64,000 nucleotides of DNA from Prasinococcaceae sp. CCMP 1430. Its lineage: Eukaryota > Plantae > Prasinodermophyta. Below are positions 61,521 to 64,000 of this stretch, one piece after another. Below the pieces are notes generated by a model. That model saw nothing but the letters and a program-made list of their open reading frames with translations, was not told the DNA's origin and made no database searches. The DNA is taken from the NCBI GenBank assembly GCA_013416795.1, contig RQSC01000005.1:413943-477942 (forward strand), read 5' to 3'. Numbering within the stretch: the first letter of the stretch is position 1; each line of letters starts with the position of its first letter. A program made the translations under genes and the position numbers.

Positions 61521-62963
61521 TTACTCCTCCATTTCAGAGTCGACACACCCGACTGCGAACACCTCTGGTGCGGATATGGTGGCGTCAAACATGACGTCGT
61601 AAACGTTGCTACCGAAGACTTCGCCGCTGTGTGCGCTGCTGCCCTTGATGACGCCCGATGTGCCGCTGCCGACCGTAATGCTGCTGCGGCTGTACTTTGG
61701 TGCTGCTGAGGATGGGCGCACCCGTTGGCGCGACCTCGTCGGACGGCTGCCGGGATCGTAGGTGGCTCGCGCGCCCTCGGTCACCCCCGTGCGAGCCCGC
61801 TCGTGCTCCGCCACATGCCGCGCCCCTGCGCGCTCCACGTCTTGACGCTGCTGTCGCTCTAGCTCAGATGCACTGACGGACAAGTCGGCGTCGCTCTCTT
61901 CTTCGCCGCCGACGGCCTTTCGCCTCGCGCGCCGCCGACGTAAGCGCAGGCGTTCGAGCGGCGCCACGCGATTGGTGTTGTGGTGGCCCAGCGTAGTCGA
62001 GTTGGCCACCGCCACCTGGTGGCGCCACCAACGTTCACGCTGTTCAGCGTCACTCAACGGCGTCGACGTGGTCGACATGCGGCCTGCGAGCGAAGCGGTG
62101 TGTGGTCGCATGCCGAAGCCACCGCGGTGGCGGTGACTGGGAGGCTTCGCGCCCGGCGGCGGGCTGGGCGTCGTCGCAGCGAGCTGCACGTCGCCGCTGC
62201 TGCCGCGCGGCGAGTGCACGAAGAACCCTGCGCTAGGCCGCTGTTGGCGCTCGCGCGAGGTCCCACCCACCGCTGCCGTGTGCGGCCGCGACGGCAGCTC
62301 ATGCCGCATCTGATGCCACTCAAAGCCACCCACGCCTGCACAGAGGTCGAAGTCCTTGGACGTGCCGCCTAGCCCGCCACCGTCGTCCTCCTCGTCTGAC
62401 CAACCTCCAAACCCACCACCGGCGGTTGAGCGCGCGCTGGCGCCACGTGGAACTCCCCCGGCCACGCTGTCGTTGAAGCCATGCCTTGACTCCGAGCCCC
62501 GGCCGTGCTCGCTGCCGCTGTCGCTCTCTGCGCCGCAGTGATACCTGTCTGCGCCAGCCTTCGCGCTGCCTCCCTCATCGCTCGCGTCTCTTTCTGTGTC
62601 AGACCTCTCGCTATCCGAGTCGGTCAGCCTGCCTCTACCGCGCGCGGTGGGGCGTGTGTGCATGAACTCGCCACGCTCGTCGTCCCACCCACTCATGCCG
62701 AGCAGAGCGTCAACCGCGCTGGCACCACCGTCGCCGCGTTGTCCACCGCAGTCGCTGCTGCCGCCGCTGCCGCTGTGCGTCTCGCCGCTGTCGTTGCTCT
62801 CCCGATAGACGTGACCTCCAGCGTTGGGACTGCTCACCAGGTTGCCGCCCCCGTACGGCGCCCCGCCCGCGTCCCCGCCCGCCCCTGCGCGCGCTCCGAT
62901 GGTCGCGTACTCCTCGAGGTACGTCGAGCGCTGCGACGCCGTGCCTCCGCCGCCTGCTTCCAT
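61521..62963 (-). CDS. Hypothetical low-complexity protein (G/S/D/E/R-rich)
   Basis: Long open frame with coding-like GC3, two RPHTA motifs and a short charged helix; no recognisable domain. Confidence 0.5.
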   Translation of the reverse strand: MEAGGGGTASQRSTYLEEYATIGARAGAGGDAGGAPYGGGNLVSSPNAGGHVYRESNDSGETHSGSGGSSDCGGQRGDGGASAVDALLGMSGWDDERGEFMHTRPTARGRGRLTDSDSERSDTERDASDEGGSAKAGADRYHCGAESDSGSEHGRGSESRHGFNDSVAGGVPRGASARSTAGGGFGGWSDEEDDGGGLGGTSKDFDLCAGVGGFEWHQMRHELPSRPHTAAVGGTSRERQQRPSAGFFVHSPRGSSGDVQLAATTPSPPPGAKPPSHRHRGGFGMRPHTASLAGRMSTTSTPLSDAEQRERWWRHQVAVANSTTLGHHNTNRVAPLERLRLRRRRARRKAVGGEEESDADLSVSASELERQQRQDVERAGARHVAEHERARTGVTEGARATYDPGSRPTRSRQRVRPSSAAPKYSRSSITVGSGTSGVIKGSSAHSGEVFGSNVYDVMFDATISAPEVFAVGCVDSEMEE

Positions 62964-63525
62964 CGTGCCCAGTCGCGCCGTGGCCGTCCTGCGTTGCGCC
63001 AACAAAAGAGAGCGCGGGGGATGGCCCCGCGCGCCCGGTCGAGAGCCCGCCTGCCTCGCAGGCCCGCGCGCAGCACAGGCGCGAAGGCAGAGGTGTGTGT
63101 GTGGGGGGGGAGGGGGGGGGCGACGCGCGCGCACGGTGACACTGCCGCTGCCCTCTTCCCGGCAACCCCTGGTCCAGGCTTAACCCTCTGCCGGCGCACG
63201 CCGGGGAAATGCTTGCTGCCCTGTCTCCACTGACAGACAGGCAAGAGGCGCCGCGGTGTCCCGGCCAGCCGGCCCGCTGCACGCGGCACATCCAGCCAAC
63301 TGCGGGTCCGTTTCTCGGCAAAAATAAGTTGACTGGGCGACGCCGCGCCGGGCAAATAATAAATGCAGGACGCGTTCCCCGACCGACCGACGGACGGTAC
63401 CGTACAAGACCGGCACGAGGCGAAGGCCGGCGCGCCCATCCGCGCCAGCATGGTGCTGCCCCCATCCAGCCCGCTGCAAGCCTGCAGGCCTGCCGGACAC
63501 CGGCCGGCCGGGGCGCCCCTCGTAA

Positions 63526-63557
63526 CCCAGCCACCCAGCCACCCAGCCACCCAGCCA
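63526..63557 (+). repeat. Tandem octamer (CCCAGCCA)x4 with degenerate continuation to about 63600
   Basis: Read directly from the sequence. Confidence 0.9.
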
Positions 63558-64000
63558 GAGAGGTCCTGCCAGCAAGCCATCCAGCCAGCCGCCCCATCCG
63601 ACCGTTGGAACCCATCCCGACGGATTCGTATTGAATTCAATGCAGAAACGGAACCCTATGTGAACGAAATACGAATGAAGAATGGAATCCACGACACGGT
63701 GGTTCCCCAGCCAAGCCAGGCCCAGCCAGAGGGAGGAAACGCCGCTCGGTGCGGCGCGATGGATCGAGGCCCATCGCCGAGCCGTTCGCTGCACGCAGCT
63801 GGCTGCACGCGCGCCATGCATGCATGTGCCGGAGGGACGAGCCGGATGTGCGTGCAGGGTGTGCAGAAGCGCCGGCAGGGCACGCGTGCGTGGGTGAAAG
63901 GTTGGGTACGCGCGCGCGCGCGCCTGCGCGCGCCCGCGCGCGCCCGCGCGCGCGATTTCGTGCGAGCGCGTTGGTTGGACCAGCCGCGCGCTCGGGGAAC

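Noticed and set aside
63526-63600. CCCAGCCA repeats as a CRISPR array or transposon end
   Set aside because: Head-to-tail octamers without spacers, TIRs or TSDs; a simple minisatellite
1-64000. rRNA, tRNA, snRNA, transposase or viral genes
   Set aside because: No recognisable motifs seen by eye; tRNAscan-SE and Infernal were not run, so small RNAs cannot be excluded

Overview
Compact, very GC-rich (about 70% by eye) nuclear genome segment of a green-lineage eukaryote. Plastid proteins (Psb27-like, MPH2/TL16.5, fibrillin, RSH), short GT-AG introns with CTGAC/CTAAC branch points and some TGTAA 3' signals point to a prasinophyte-grade alga; the species cannot be fixed from sequence alone. About 29 protein-coding loci are packed with short spacers. 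In order: RFT1 (partial), zf-4CXXC-like protein, CIA1, RAD51, LSM11-like, ARM-repeat protein, DUF179, TMEM184/LAZ1-like, Psb27-like, an apparently intronless 3357-aa ATM, a hypothetical gene, SulP-STAS-cNMP transporter, MPH2, tandem-SET protein, ArsS-type radical SAM enzyme, unknown membrane protein, PDZ-like protein, a hidden last exon, a small ORF, Lon protease, metallophosphoesterase, MLO-like, PAQR, ATXR2/SMYD5-like, ENKD1-like, fibrillin, LACS (partial), RelA/SpoT homologue and a low-complexity hypothetical. There are four long N-gaps and five single-n joins, some of which hide missing sequence. No rRNA, tRNA, CRISPR array or recognisable transposase was seen. Strongest leads: an ArsS-like arsenosugar radical SAM enzyme, a U7-snRNP LSM11-like gene, a bacterial-style duplicated SET protein, and a palindromic TGTACA motif recurring at convergent 3' ends. 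All family assignments come from motif recognition by eye, not database searches, and exon models were spliced manually.
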